64,000 nucleotides of DNA from Patescibacteria group bacterium. GTDB taxonomy: Bacteria; Patescibacteriota; Minisyncoccia; UBA6257; Colwellbacteraceae. Both the position numbers and the translations under genes were made by a program. Within the stretch, counting starts at the first letter, position 1. The number at the start of each line of letters is the position of its first letter. Shown here in pieces: positions 8,623-18,061 of this stretch. Below the pieces are notes generated by a model that ran no database searches, was not told where the DNA came from, and saw nothing but the letters and a program-made list of their open reading frames with translations. The stretch covers positions 16,087 through 80,086 of the forward strand of contig JAMCRD010000005.1 of NCBI GenBank assembly GCA_023380475.1, in the 5' to 3' direction.

Positions 8623-9339
8623 GTGTTCAAACTAGAAATACTTTATGAGGACAATAACTTTATCGCGGTTAATAAGCCTGCCGGCGTTTTAGTGCATCCG
8701 ACTGGTTTAAATAGCAACGAGGATACTATAGTCGATTGGCTGCGCCTTAATCGTCCGCAGGTGTTGAAGGTGGGTGATAGCCCCGAGTTGCGCCCCGGCA
8801 TTGTTCATCGTTTAGATCGTGACACCTCCGGCGTTCTTATTATTGCCAAAAACGAGGAATACTTCCGTTACCTGAAATCGCTGTTCCAGGAGCGCGAACT
8901 AGATAAGACCTATCTAGCTCTGGTTTATGGTCGTATCTTGTCTGGGGGAGTGATTGATAAGCCGATAGGGTTACGGAACGGCAGTACCAAAAGGACTGTA
9001 ACGTCTCGGAAAGCCAGAATGATCAAGGAAGCCGTAACCGAATACAAGGTCAGAGGTTACACCCGAATCGATACGGATCGTGGGGCGCAGGATTGCACTG
9101 TCTTGGAGGTCAAACCGCACACCGGTAGGACTCATCAGATCAGAGTACACCTTGCCTCCATTAGTCATCCCGTGGTAGGGGACAGGATGTACGGCGGCGG
9201 ACGCAAGGACGACATCGGCCGGCTGTGTCTTCACGCTTATTCCATTGAATTGCCAGTTGCCTCCGGTAGACGTATTAAGATAGTGGCTGATCCACCGCCG
9301 GAATTGGCGGAGATATTCAAACCGTCGATTTTACCTTGA
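8623..9339 (+). CDS. RluA/RluD-family pseudouridine synthase (no S4 domain)
   Basis: VNKPAGVLVHP, GIVHRLDRDTSG catalytic motif, TGRTHQIRVH, GDRMYG. Confidence 0.93.
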   Translation: MFKLEILYEDNNFIAVNKPAGVLVHPTGLNSNEDTIVDWLRLNRPQVLKVGDSPELRPGIVHRLDRDTSGVLIIAKNEEYFRYLKSLFQERELDKTYLALVYGRILSGGVIDKPIGLRNGSTKRTVTSRKARMIKEAVTEYKVRGYTRIDTDRGAQDCTVLEVKPHTGRTHQIRVHLASISHPVVGDRMYGGGRKDDIGRLCLHAYSIELPVASGRRIKIVADPPPELAEIFKPSILP

Positions 9340-9374
9340 CTTTGCACCTTAGCCACCCTACACTTTCCTGCGAG

Positions 9375-9677
9375 ATGGATAAAGCAACGATAGCTAAAAT
9401 AAAGGCTGGCAGTAGAGTGAAAGTGCACGAGAAGGGCGGCAGCGTTTTTGAGGGCACGGTTATTGCCAGAAAACATGGCAACGAAACCGGAGCTACTTTC
9501 ACAGTCAGGACCACGGTCGCTGCGGTGGGTGTGGAAAAAGTGTATCCCCTTAATTCGCCGACAATACTGAATGTTGAGGTACTAAATTCACCGCGAAAGG
9601 TGCATCGCTCGAAGTTGTACTATCTGCGCAATCTTTCCGCAAGAAGTACCAGGCAGAAGCTTAGAACTAAAGAATAG
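9375..9677 (+). CDS. rplS: 50S ribosomal protein L19
   Basis: FEGTVIAR, TFTVR, GVEKVYPLNSP, RSKLYYLR; start placed at ATG 9375. Confidence 0.93.
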   Translation: MDKATIAKIKAGSRVKVHEKGGSVFEGTVIARKHGNETGATFTVRTTVAAVGVEKVYPLNSPTILNVEVLNSPRKVHRSKLYYLRNLSARSTRQKLRTKE

Positions 9678-9711
9678 AAAATCTATCAGCCTATATGGCT
9701 GATAGATTTTT
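9678..9711 (+). terminator. Intrinsic terminator after rplS
   Basis: AAAATCTATCAGCC-tatat-GGCTGATAGATTTT. Confidence 0.75.
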
Positions 9712-9745
9712 ATACAGGCAAAGCTATAATGTAACCGCAGTAAAT

Positions 9746-9828
9746 GCCCAGGTGGCGAAACTTGGTACACGCACTATCTTGAGGTGGTAGCGCCGCAAGG
9801 CTTGGGGGTTCGAGTCCCCCCCTGGGCA
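9746..9828 (+). tRNA. tRNA-Leu(GAG)
   Basis: GCCCAGG/CCTGGGC acceptor, CTATC-TTGAGGT-GGTAG anticodon arm, long variable arm. Confidence 0.95.
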
Positions 9829-9903
9829 CACTAGAAATTTATCGTGGAACCTTTGTAAGGAAACCAAAGTTCATAAAAATCGTAACCCATTAGTTAGCAT
9901 CCA

Positions 9904-10716
9904 ATGAAACTGAAAGTTCTCACTTTCAATATATGGGATTTGCCGTTTTGGTTTGTTAAGGACAGAAAAGCGAGGATCATCGGCATCGAGAAATACATCG
10001 AGAGATCCGATGCTGATATAGTCTGCGTTCAGGAATCCTTCGACGTTTATCATAGAACGTTTCTTAAGAAAAAATTGAATGGCCTTTACTACATGGCTGG
10101 CGACGCACGGGAAACCCGCCGCATTCTGTTTATCAAGCTGTTTGATATCACGGGTGGCCTCGCTGTGTTTTCTAAATTCCCGATAATCGAGAGCAAGTTC
10201 GTACCGTACAACCGGTTTCTAAACTCGAGCATAGCCGAAACGTTTGCCCGTAAAGGATTTCTAGAGGTCCTGATAAAAACGCCCCTCGGTAACGTCAGAG
10301 TGGTTAACACTCACATGCACCAGGAGGCGTTCTTTTTCGATAAAAATATACGCTTTAGGCAGACTACCAAAATGATAATGCGTACAAACAGTGATGAAAC
10401 GCCGACTATCTTGGCTGGAGATTTCAACCAGAACCACATGATGCTGGAGGGCGAATTCGCCGAGTTATTTAGATCAACCGGTTTTTCGAGTCCGACTAGG
10501 CTTGGTACAGAGGAACGTACCCCGCCCACTTACCGCCCTAGCAACATGTATAACGGTATCTGGATCAATAAAATCCGCTCTCCCAAAAGATACGATTATA
10601 TTTTCATTAAGAACATTGAGAAATATAGCTTGAGAGTTGTCGCTTATGGGCCACAATATCTTGATCCGCCGCTTTCCGATCACGATCCACTCTTGATGAC
10701 TCTCTCTTCCGACTAG
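9904..10716 (+). CDS. Endonuclease/exonuclease/phosphatase family protein, neutral-sphingomyelinase-like
   Basis: TFNIW, CVQE, VFSKFPI, NTH, AGDFN, RYDYIF and SDH motifs all intact. Confidence 0.85.
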   Translation: MKLKVLTFNIWDLPFWFVKDRKARIIGIEKYIERSDADIVCVQESFDVYHRTFLKKKLNGLYYMAGDARETRRILFIKLFDITGGLAVFSKFPIIESKFVPYNRFLNSSIAETFARKGFLEVLIKTPLGNVRVVNTHMHQEAFFFDKNIRFRQTTKMIMRTNSDETPTILAGDFNQNHMMLEGEFAELFRSTGFSSPTRLGTEERTPPTYRPSNMYNGIWINKIRSPKRYDYIFIKNIEKYSLRVVAYGPQYLDPPLSDHDPLLMTLSSD

Positions 10717-10754
10717 ACCAATGACATGTCACACGTCGCAAGTCACAGGCTCGG

Positions 10755-11132
10755 ATGTATAATGCAAAAGTCGGATTAAGGTACTGTCGTAAGCTGAAAA
10801 AGATTAAGTTGCTGACTGTGATATTGATAATCGTTCTGGTTGCCTTGGTAGGGTATGCGGTTTATTGGCTATGGCAGCCGGCTGAGTTCATCGTAGTTTT
10901 CAAAACTGGTACAAGCTCTACGGGCATAACCGGTGCTATGGCCCGATGTGTTTACGGTGCGACACCGAAAATGGCCATAGGTGTTATCCCAGAGGTCGTT
11001 CAGATATCGACCATAAGATTGCAGCGCATTTTTTCGGAAAGGTGCTTGCAGAAAGACAGCTGGGTAGATCACATCTTCACTTTGGATTCGACCAGCGACT
11101 TTATGTTGGCGGCGACCAACATCAATTTCTAG
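10755..11132 (+). CDS. Membrane-anchored hypothetical protein (possible peptidase-propeptide/I9-like fold)
   Basis: Basic N-terminus, TM helix, EFIVVFKxG start of the extracellular domain. Confidence 0.55.
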   Translation: MYNAKVGLRYCRKLKKIKLLTVILIIVLVALVGYAVYWLWQPAEFIVVFKTGTSSTGITGAMARCVYGATPKMAIGVIPEVVQISTIRLQRIFSERCLQKDSWVDHIFTLDSTSDFMLAATNINF

Positions 11133-11142
11133 ACTAGTCCTA

Positions 11143-11175
11143 AATAAAAGATCCCCAATCGGGGGATCTTTTATT
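11143..11175. terminator. Bidirectional intrinsic terminator
   Basis: AATAAAAGATCCCC-aatcg-GGGGATCTTTTATT between convergent genes. Confidence 0.8.
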
Positions 11176-11608
11176 AAAGTATTTCGATGTCTGTGTATTT
11201 AACTCCGAAGTCTACCGCCTTGGTAACGCTGGGCATCCACACGTCAACACAGCCATTATCGTATTTGCGATTCATGTGGTCTTCTACCGTGAATACCTTA
11301 TCGCCGAAGATGGCCGGTAGCTTGACCTTGGTGCCGAAGGGGAGCCAGTTAGCGGCTATGGTGCCGTCGTGCACATGGGCGCCGGAAGCGGTTATGAAAG
11401 GGTGGTCTGACGTCTCTTCAGGGACGCTGGCATAGGCAGTTGCCCTTACTTCTTGGTAGGTAACCTTGACGTCGCCAGCCAATAAGGCGCTCTGGTACTC
11501 CGGCTGGACGGCCGGAGGATCGCTGGCACCCTGTATAACTCCTATTTTGGTAGTCCCGATTAAGGCGAGAAAAGCCATCAGGACCAGTCTTTTACTCATT
11601 TTGGGCAT
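11174..11608 (-). CDS. Secreted 3D-domain (MltA-like) peptidoglycan-active protein
   Basis: Signal peptide; ATAY, ITASG, IAANWLPFGTKV, VED, VDVWM. Confidence 0.85.
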   Translation of the reverse strand: MPKMSKRLVLMAFLALIGTTKIGVIQGASDPPAVQPEYQSALLAGDVKVTYQEVRATAYASVPEETSDHPFITASGAHVHDGTIAANWLPFGTKVKLPAIFGDKVFTVEDHMNRKYDNGCVDVWMPSVTKAVDFGVKYTDIEIL

Positions 11609-11683
11609 TAAAAAACTCCCTTCCGGGAATCATTTAATGTAATCTGATCATACCCCCAGAAGGGTATAATAGTCAATAAGACC

Positions 11684-12220
11684 ATGCTAGAACATTATAC
11701 GACAGCAATTGTGCTGGATTTGGATGATAAGGACGATCTAGATAGAGCAGTGACCTTGTATAGCAAGGATTTCGGCAGGATTAGGGCTAAGGCTAAGAGC
11801 ATAAGAAAAATCACCTCCAAACTGGCTGGACATCTTGTCCCGGGCAATATTGTCTCAATCCGCCTTATTGAGCACGGTGAAGGCGGCAGTTTACAGGTTT
11901 TGGACGCTCTGTCCGAGCGGCCGGCGCAGTTAAACCATGAACTTCTCCGATTTATAGATGTCCTGAATAAAATTACTCCCTTGGGTTTGGCCGATTTAGG
12001 ATTGTGGTATGACGCTGAAAAAGCCGTGAGTCAGGGCGATTTCAGTTCCAGCCGCTACCGCCGTATCCTATCCGATATAGGTTTGGACATTGATTCAGCA
12101 GTTTGCAGAGATTGCGGCAGTCAGCATGTTTCCTATTTCATACCCCGGGATGTAACATTTCTATGCACTGACTGCATGAAGAAACTTCATATTACTGACA
12201 ATGAAATTGTTAAAATCTAA
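11684..12220 (+). CDS. recO: DNA repair protein RecO (short form)
   Basis: DRAVTLYSKDFGRIRAKAKSIRKITSKLAGHL OB fold; CxxC...CxxC zinc finger. Confidence 0.85.
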   Translation: MLEHYTTAIVLDLDDKDDLDRAVTLYSKDFGRIRAKAKSIRKITSKLAGHLVPGNIVSIRLIEHGEGGSLQVLDALSERPAQLNHELLRFIDVLNKITPLGLADLGLWYDAEKAVSQGDFSSSRYRRILSDIGLDIDSAVCRDCGSQHVSYFIPRDVTFLCTDCMKKLHITDNEIVKI

Positions 12221-13976
12221 TTCTGGCAGGATAAAACGATCGTCTTTGTGGTTGATGGTTGCCGTTATCGTCTTGATTGTCGGTTTGGGCATATATGTCT
12301 GGTATAGATCCTCGACCGGAGGCATATCGATCTCGGCCGTGACTGACCAGACTACTGCCACAGTGGGTCTGCCGCTGACTATAAGAGTGGACTTGAGCAA
12401 CAACTCTAACAGTGACCTGAGCAACGTTGAACTATCGGTTACTTTGCCCAGCAGTTTACCTCCGGCTGACGGCTCGGGCGCGCTGGTGCTTAATAAGAAC
12501 GTGGGTGATGTTACAAAGGGGTCGATCAACGAGCAGACTTTCCAGGTCATACCTATCCCAGACTCAAACAACAGCCGATCCGTAACGGTCACTGTTTCCT
12601 ACAACGCCGGCTCGCTGAGCGCGCGTCTTCAGACCGAGTATACTCTTAATATAAATGTGCAGAATCTGCCCCTGACCCTGCAACTCAACGCGCCAACCAC
12701 GACTTTTTCCGGCGAGCAGATGCAGGATATAGCAACCTACGGCTGGGCGACAGGTACACCGGATAGCATAAGCAGCAGCACCGGTCTGCCGCCGCTATCA
12801 CTCCAGTTCGTTTATCCCGACACCTTTTCTCTAAACTCATCCGTTCCAGCTTTAAGTGCGGTGGGCGGCAATAGCTGGCCGATAAGCACATTGAACGACA
12901 GCAGTACCGACAAGGTTGTCGTAAATGGAGCAGTGAGTTTGCCTGACCAGACCCAGTTTACGACGACGGCCAATATCGTCGCCAGTATTCTTGGCAATAG
13001 TTATGTCGTTGTATCTACCTCAACTCAGACGACCGTCGCTACGTCGCCTTTGTCTTTGGATATAACGGTAAATGGCGCGACTAGTACAATCGCTCAACCA
13101 GGCGATACCCTAAACTACACCCTGACTTACAAAAACAACACCCAGGTTACTTTTCAGAACATAGTTATCAAGGCCAACATTGCAGGTAGCATGCTTGACT
13201 GGAATACATTACACAGCAGTTCCAGTCCCAATTTTGACTCTAATACCAATACGCTAATTTGGAACTCTAGTTCTGTCCCGGGTTTGGCATTACTTGCACC
13301 TGGTGCCAGCAACAGTGTCACATTCAGCATCGGTCTGGATAAGACTTACCCTATTTACCAACTTAACGACAAGGATTTCTCGGCTAGAGTCAATGCAACC
13401 ATAACATCGCCTACCGTGCCATATCTGATAAATGCTAACCAGACGGTAGGTACAGCATTGTCGTTGACCAAAGTGGCTGGCGAATTAACCCTACAAACAA
13501 GCGGCTATTTTAGAGATGCACCGTCGGGGTTGGTGAACTCTGGTCCTTGGCCGCCGAAGGTAGGAGCACCTACCGAATACACTGTTCACTGGACGCTGAC
13601 TAACTACTCCACCGATCTGACCAACGTGCAGGTCGAAGCTCAACTGCCGCCCGGTGTTACTCTTACCGGCCAGTCAAGCGCGAATATATCGGCCGTGCCG
13701 CAGTACGCTTCCTCAACTAATCAGGTGGTGTGGGACGTCGGGTCTCTTCCGGCGACCAGTGGCCTGCTAACGCCGGCTCCGGAAGCGATTTTCCAGATAG
13801 CGGCTACACCGCAGTCCTCGGACGTCGGTAAGTATATGAACCTACTCGAGCCGACTGTGGTTTCCGCCCAAGACAGTTTTACCAATCTCTCGCTCACTGC
13901 CGGCAGCGATGCGATTTCGACCCTGCTGCCGTCCGATCCGACCGTCAACAGTAGCCAGGGTTTGGTTACCAACTAG
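12201..13976 (+). CDS. Membrane-anchored Ser/Thr-rich multi-Ig-like (DUF11-like) surface protein
   Basis: N-terminal TM; PGDTLNYTLTYKN and YTVHWTLTN Ig-like repeats. Confidence 0.75.
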   Translation: MKLLKSNSGRIKRSSLWLMVAVIVLIVGLGIYVWYRSSTGGISISAVTDQTTATVGLPLTIRVDLSNNSNSDLSNVELSVTLPSSLPPADGSGALVLNKNVGDVTKGSINEQTFQVIPIPDSNNSRSVTVTVSYNAGSLSARLQTEYTLNINVQNLPLTLQLNAPTTTFSGEQMQDIATYGWATGTPDSISSSTGLPPLSLQFVYPDTFSLNSSVPALSAVGGNSWPISTLNDSSTDKVVVNGAVSLPDQTQFTTTANIVASILGNSYVVVSTSTQTTVATSPLSLDITVNGATSTIAQPGDTLNYTLTYKNNTQVTFQNIVIKANIAGSMLDWNTLHSSSSPNFDSNTNTLIWNSSSVPGLALLAPGASNSVTFSIGLDKTYPIYQLNDKDFSARVNATITSPTVPYLINANQTVGTALSLTKVAGELTLQTSGYFRDAPSGLVNSGPWPPKVGAPTEYTVHWTLTNYSTDLTNVQVEAQLPPGVTLTGQSSANISAVPQYASSTNQVVWDVGSLPATSGLLTPAPEAIFQIAATPQSSDVGKYMNLLEPTVVSAQDSFTNLSLTAGSDAISTLLPSDPTVNSSQGLVTN

Positions 13977-14018
13977 CTTTGGAGATACCGTGATGTATTT
14001 GCTACAATCAAAGCACTG

Positions 14019-15431
14019 ATGGCAACTACAGAGAGTGTGTCACTTATGGACAAGATTGTAAGTCTGGCCAAGAGGCGTGGTTTTGTTTTCCCTAGCTCGG
14101 AGATATACGGTGGGCTGGCCAATTCTTATGAGTACGGGCCTTTGGGTGTGGAGTTGAAGAAAAACATCCAAGACGAGTGGTGGAATGCTTTTGTTAGGCA
14201 AAGGAGTGATATGGTTGGACTGGATTCTTCAATTATTCTTCATCCCAAGGTATGGGAGGCGTCCGGCCACGTGGCTGGCTTTGCCGATGCGATGGTTGAT
14301 TGCAAAAATTGCAAGACGCGAATGAGGGCTGACCACCTCATCGAAGAATATTTTGAGAGCAAGGGTGAAAAGGTGAGTGTCGAAGGTAAAAGCCCAGCCG
14401 AGCTGGAGCGTTTGATCAAGGACAACAAGATTCCGTGTCCCGTATGCAGTAAGCATGACTGGACGCCGGTGCGTAAGTTTAACCTCCTTTTCGAAACTAA
14501 TATCGGTATAGTTCCCGAAGCCCAATCGAAAGTTTATCTAAGAGGGGAAACAGCTCAAGGGATATTCGTTTCTTTCAAAAATATACTCGACTCTACCAGG
14601 TTGAGTTTGCCCTTCGGAGTTGGCCAACTGGGTAAGGTTTTCAGGAACGAAATAACAAAGGGCAACTTTATTTTCAGGACGCTGGAATTCGAACAGGGAG
14701 AAATAGAGTACTTTTTTGATCCAGCAGTCGATGACTGGCAGAAGCTCTTCGAGTCCTGGAAAAAGAACATATGGGAATTTGCGACCAACAACCTTAATGT
14801 CCGCGCTGAGAATCTGCGTTGGCGGGAACATAGCGATGAGGAACGAAGCTTTTACAGCAAGCGCACCGAGGATCTGGAGTACAAGTTCCCCTTCGGCTTC
14901 AAGGAGTTATGGGGATTGGCTTACCGCACCGACTACGATTTGCAGCAGCATACAAAATATTCTGGTATCGACCTTTCGTATCTGGATCCCGTCTCTGGCC
15001 GGAAGTTCATACCTCACGTAATTGAACCTTCCGTAGGTATAAACCGCTTGATGGCTATGGTTATGCTCGACTCTTACCGCGAGGAGGGCGATAGAGTGGT
15101 GCTACAACTTAAACCGGGATTGGCCCCCTATAAGGCAGCCGTATTTCCGCTATTGGCTAACAAGCCGCAACTGGTTGAAGTGGCTCAGGGCATATATCGG
15201 GACCTGAAGAAGGAAATGACGGTGGCTTGGGATGACAGGGGGAATATCGGCAAGCGCTATTACGCTCAAGACGAGATAGGGACACCGTACTGTGTCACCG
15301 TGGACTTTGACAGCCTGGAGAACAAGGACGTCACCGTCCGTGATCGGGACACCATGAAGCAGGATAGAGTGCCTATCAAAGAGCTCAGCCGTTACATAAA
15401 GGAGGCTGTACGGCCAAACAGCTTACATTGA
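14019..15431 (+). CDS. glyS: Glycine--tRNA ligase, homodimeric (alpha2) type
   Basis: KRRGFVFPSSEIYGG, LRGETAQGIF, FRNEIT, IFRTLEFEQ, PHVIEPS, IGKRY anticodon domain. Confidence 0.96.
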   Translation: MATTESVSLMDKIVSLAKRRGFVFPSSEIYGGLANSYEYGPLGVELKKNIQDEWWNAFVRQRSDMVGLDSSIILHPKVWEASGHVAGFADAMVDCKNCKTRMRADHLIEEYFESKGEKVSVEGKSPAELERLIKDNKIPCPVCSKHDWTPVRKFNLLFETNIGIVPEAQSKVYLRGETAQGIFVSFKNILDSTRLSLPFGVGQLGKVFRNEITKGNFIFRTLEFEQGEIEYFFDPAVDDWQKLFESWKKNIWEFATNNLNVRAENLRWREHSDEERSFYSKRTEDLEYKFPFGFKELWGLAYRTDYDLQQHTKYSGIDLSYLDPVSGRKFIPHVIEPSVGINRLMAMVMLDSYREEGDRVVLQLKPGLAPYKAAVFPLLANKPQLVEVAQGIYRDLKKEMTVAWDDRGNIGKRYYAQDEIGTPYCVTVDFDSLENKDVTVRDRDTMKQDRVPIKELSRYIKEAVRPNSLH

Positions 15432-15646
15432 TATTGAGGTGTTTCTTAGCTGAACAGTGGTGGCGGGTCGAAGCAAAAAAATTAGCGCATATTACCGAAC
15501 GGCAAGCTGCTATTTTTGAGGTGAAATTCGGGATTGGCGGCCCGGCAAAAACTTATGAGGAAGTCGGCCGTAAATTCGGCATTACGGGGACGCGTGTGCG
15601 TCAGCTCTGTGGGTTAATATTACTCAGAATTGGACTTTTTAATTAA
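15428..15646 (+). CDS. Stand-alone sigma-70 region-4-like HTH (small protein or relic)
   Basis: TERQAAIFEVKFGI...KTYEEVGRKFGITGTRVRQL resembles RpoD region 4; TTG start uncertain. Confidence 0.55.
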   Translation: MILRCFLAEQWWRVEAKKLAHITERQAAIFEVKFGIGGPAKTYEEVGRKFGITGTRVRQLCGLILLRIGLFN

Positions 15647-15766
15647 TTGGATATTTCCGGCTACTTATGGATATAGTTGAATCTTAGCCGATTATATTTG
15701 CATTATCGGCTACTTTCGGCTATTATTGGATATAGTTAGAAATAACCAATAGTTTTTAACGAAAAC

Positions 15767-16828
15767 ATGGCGGAAAACAGATTCAACAAACGAATAAAAC
15801 TTACCCAGGACATTTTGGCGAAAATCGCCAAAATAGACCAATTCAATGGTCTTTGGCAGGGGAGCGTGCGGTTTAGCCCTCAGATTTTGAGCCGCTTGAA
15901 AGCGTGGGTCATTATCACCTCCACGGGCGCGAGTACCCGTATCGAGGGATCGAAAATGACAGACGAAGAGATCGCCCGATTTCTGCGCGGCTTGAAAGGA
16001 AAACGACCGAAGAGCAGGGATGAACAAGAGGTAGCCGGATACGCCGATCTGATCGGCCGGATTTTCGATAATTGGAAAACCATCAAGCTCACCGAGGGTT
16101 GGATCTCGCAATTCCATAGCATCCTTTTGCAGTTTTCGGAGAAGGATAAATCCCATAAGGGTAAATACAAGGATTCGCTGAATACTGTGATTATGCAGAA
16201 CAAGTACGGCGAGCAGGTGGTGCTGTTCTCCCCCACGCCACCGTATCTCGTGAAGGCGGAAATGCAGGCCGCAATCGAATGGGCGAACGAGCAGTTAGAA
16301 AGCGGTGCCACGCACCCGATCCTCGTCATTGCTAACTTCATTTTCGAGTTTTTAGCAATTCACCCATTCAAAGATGGCAACGGCCGTATCAGCCGGGCAC
16401 TTACCAACCTTCTTCTCTTGAGGATGGGATATAATTATATTCCTTACGTCTCGCTCGACGAGATCATCGAAAAAACGAGATCGGAATATTATCTCGCGCT
16501 TCGAGCCACGCAAAAGAATCATAAGACCAAACACGAAGATATCACGCCGTGGGTTGAGTATCTTTTAGGTGCCCTTGTCGAACAGACCGATCGCGCGCGG
16601 GCGCTGATGGAGAATGATCAGCCGGAGAAGATACTCTCCAAGAAGCAATTGGAAATTTATCATTTGTTCGATTCCGGCGAGGAGATCGGCATTGCGGAAG
16701 CCATAAAGCTGCTCAAAGGGAAAACGCCGCGGGCTACGGTCAAGCAGGCACTATCACGCCTCGTAAAATTGAAACTCCTGGAGCAGATTGGCCAGGCGCG
16801 TAGCGCACGCTACAAAAAAATTCAATAA
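15767..16828 (+). CDS. Fic family protein with N-terminal inhibitory motif and C-terminal winged HTH
   Basis: HPFKDGNGRISR Fic motif; STRIEG (S/T)xxxE(G/N) motif; C-terminal wHTH ending GQARSARY. Confidence 0.92.
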   Translation: MAENRFNKRIKLTQDILAKIAKIDQFNGLWQGSVRFSPQILSRLKAWVIITSTGASTRIEGSKMTDEEIARFLRGLKGKRPKSRDEQEVAGYADLIGRIFDNWKTIKLTEGWISQFHSILLQFSEKDKSHKGKYKDSLNTVIMQNKYGEQVVLFSPTPPYLVKAEMQAAIEWANEQLESGATHPILVIANFIFEFLAIHPFKDGNGRISRALTNLLLLRMGYNYIPYVSLDEIIEKTRSEYYLALRATQKNHKTKHEDITPWVEYLLGALVEQTDRARALMENDQPEKILSKKQLEIYHLFDSGEEIGIAEAIKLLKGKTPRATVKQALSRLVKLKLLEQIGQARSARYKKIQ

Positions 16829-16844
16829 TGGGGAGACTAGCTAC

Positions 16845-16876
16845 AAAAATGCCCGCTCATCGCGGGATTTTTGTTT
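16845..16876 (+). terminator. Probable terminator after the Fic gene
   Basis: AAAATgCCCGC-tcatc-GCGGGATTTTT. Confidence 0.5.
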
Positions 16877-17035
16877 GCCGCCCATATCTATCATAGCGGT
16901 CTTGGGTTTAAAAGTCCGGTATAAAACGGGGGTAAGAGTTATATGCTTAACATTCACTCTTGTCTTGTACCGTAAGAAAAAAATCATCATGGCTCATTGC
17001 AGCGCCCGCTATTGGTAGGGTAGAATCTGATTGGT

Positions 17036-18061
17036 ATGGAACGTTCTCGCCTGGAAATTTCCTGGGGTAGCTTGTGGAGAGTGGTTGCCATGGCGGCTCT
17101 TATTGCTCTGGTTGTGGCTGCGCGCGAGACGGTCATCATTTTGTTGCTGGCTATACTTATATCTTCGGCTCTCGACCCTCTGGTTGAAAAGCTGGAGAAG
17201 TGGCATATCCCGAGAATACTTGGGACGTTAGCTATCTTCCTGATAGGGCTTCTTGTCTTGGCCCTGATTATGTACACCATCGTGCCGCTTTCGATAATTG
17301 AATTTAAAAACCTGTTTGCCAATCTCGGCGGTGCCATCGGGCAAATTTTTGGTTCCTCCGCGCCCGGTGCAGTCATAAATTCCATAACGCCCCAGCTCAA
17401 TTCTTTTGCTGATTCGCTCCTGGCTGGCAATGCTTCCTTCATTGACATCCTCGGCAATATTTTGGGAGGAGTGGTCTTCCTTGTTGTAACTGTAGTTTTG
17501 TCTTTCTATCTGACAGTCACCCGCGACGGCGTCGGTAAGTTCCTGAGAGCTATCTTGCCGCGCGAGTTGGAGGATAAAGTACTGGCTATGTTTTACCGCT
17601 CCAAGCGCAAGATAAGTCGCTGGCTTAACGGACAGCTGGTGCTGTGTTTCCTGATGGCCGTAGGCGTTTTCTTGGGGGTGCTGTTCTTGGGAATTAAGTA
17701 TGCCTTGATGCTGGCCGTCTTCGCTGGTGTGTTTGAAATTATCCCGATGGTCGGACCGATTTTCGCCGGGGCGTTGGCAGTGGCAGTGGCTTTGGATCAG
17801 TCGACCGGTCTAGCTCTTTCGGCTTTGATTTTCTTCGTGATTCTGCACCAGCTTGAGGCTCACGTTCTGGTACCGCTGGTCATGCGGCGGTCAGTGGACG
17901 TGCATCCGGTACTGGTTATAACGGCCATATTGATCGGGGACCAGGTAGCCGGTATCCCGGGTATGTTCTTGGCTGTGCCGGTAGCCGTTGTATTCCAAGA
18001 GGTCGTGGATGAATGGGTAGCCAAAAAAGACCGTGAACGCAGTGAAACAGTCGAAGTCTAA
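17036..18061 (+). CDS. AI-2E (PerM/TqsA) family transporter
   Basis: Multi-TM; ALDPLVEKLE, EIIPMVGP, QLEAHVLVPLVM, HPV, GMFLAVP. Confidence 0.9.
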   Translation: MERSRLEISWGSLWRVVAMAALIALVVAARETVIILLLAILISSALDPLVEKLEKWHIPRILGTLAIFLIGLLVLALIMYTIVPLSIIEFKNLFANLGGAIGQIFGSSAPGAVINSITPQLNSFADSLLAGNASFIDILGNILGGVVFLVVTVVLSFYLTVTRDGVGKFLRAILPRELEDKVLAMFYRSKRKISRWLNGQLVLCFLMAVGVFLGVLFLGIKYALMLAVFAGVFEIIPMVGPIFAGALAVAVALDQSTGLALSALIFFVILHQLEAHVLVPLVMRRSVDVHPVLVITAILIGDQVAGIPGMFLAVPVAVVFQEVVDEWVAKKDRERSETVEV

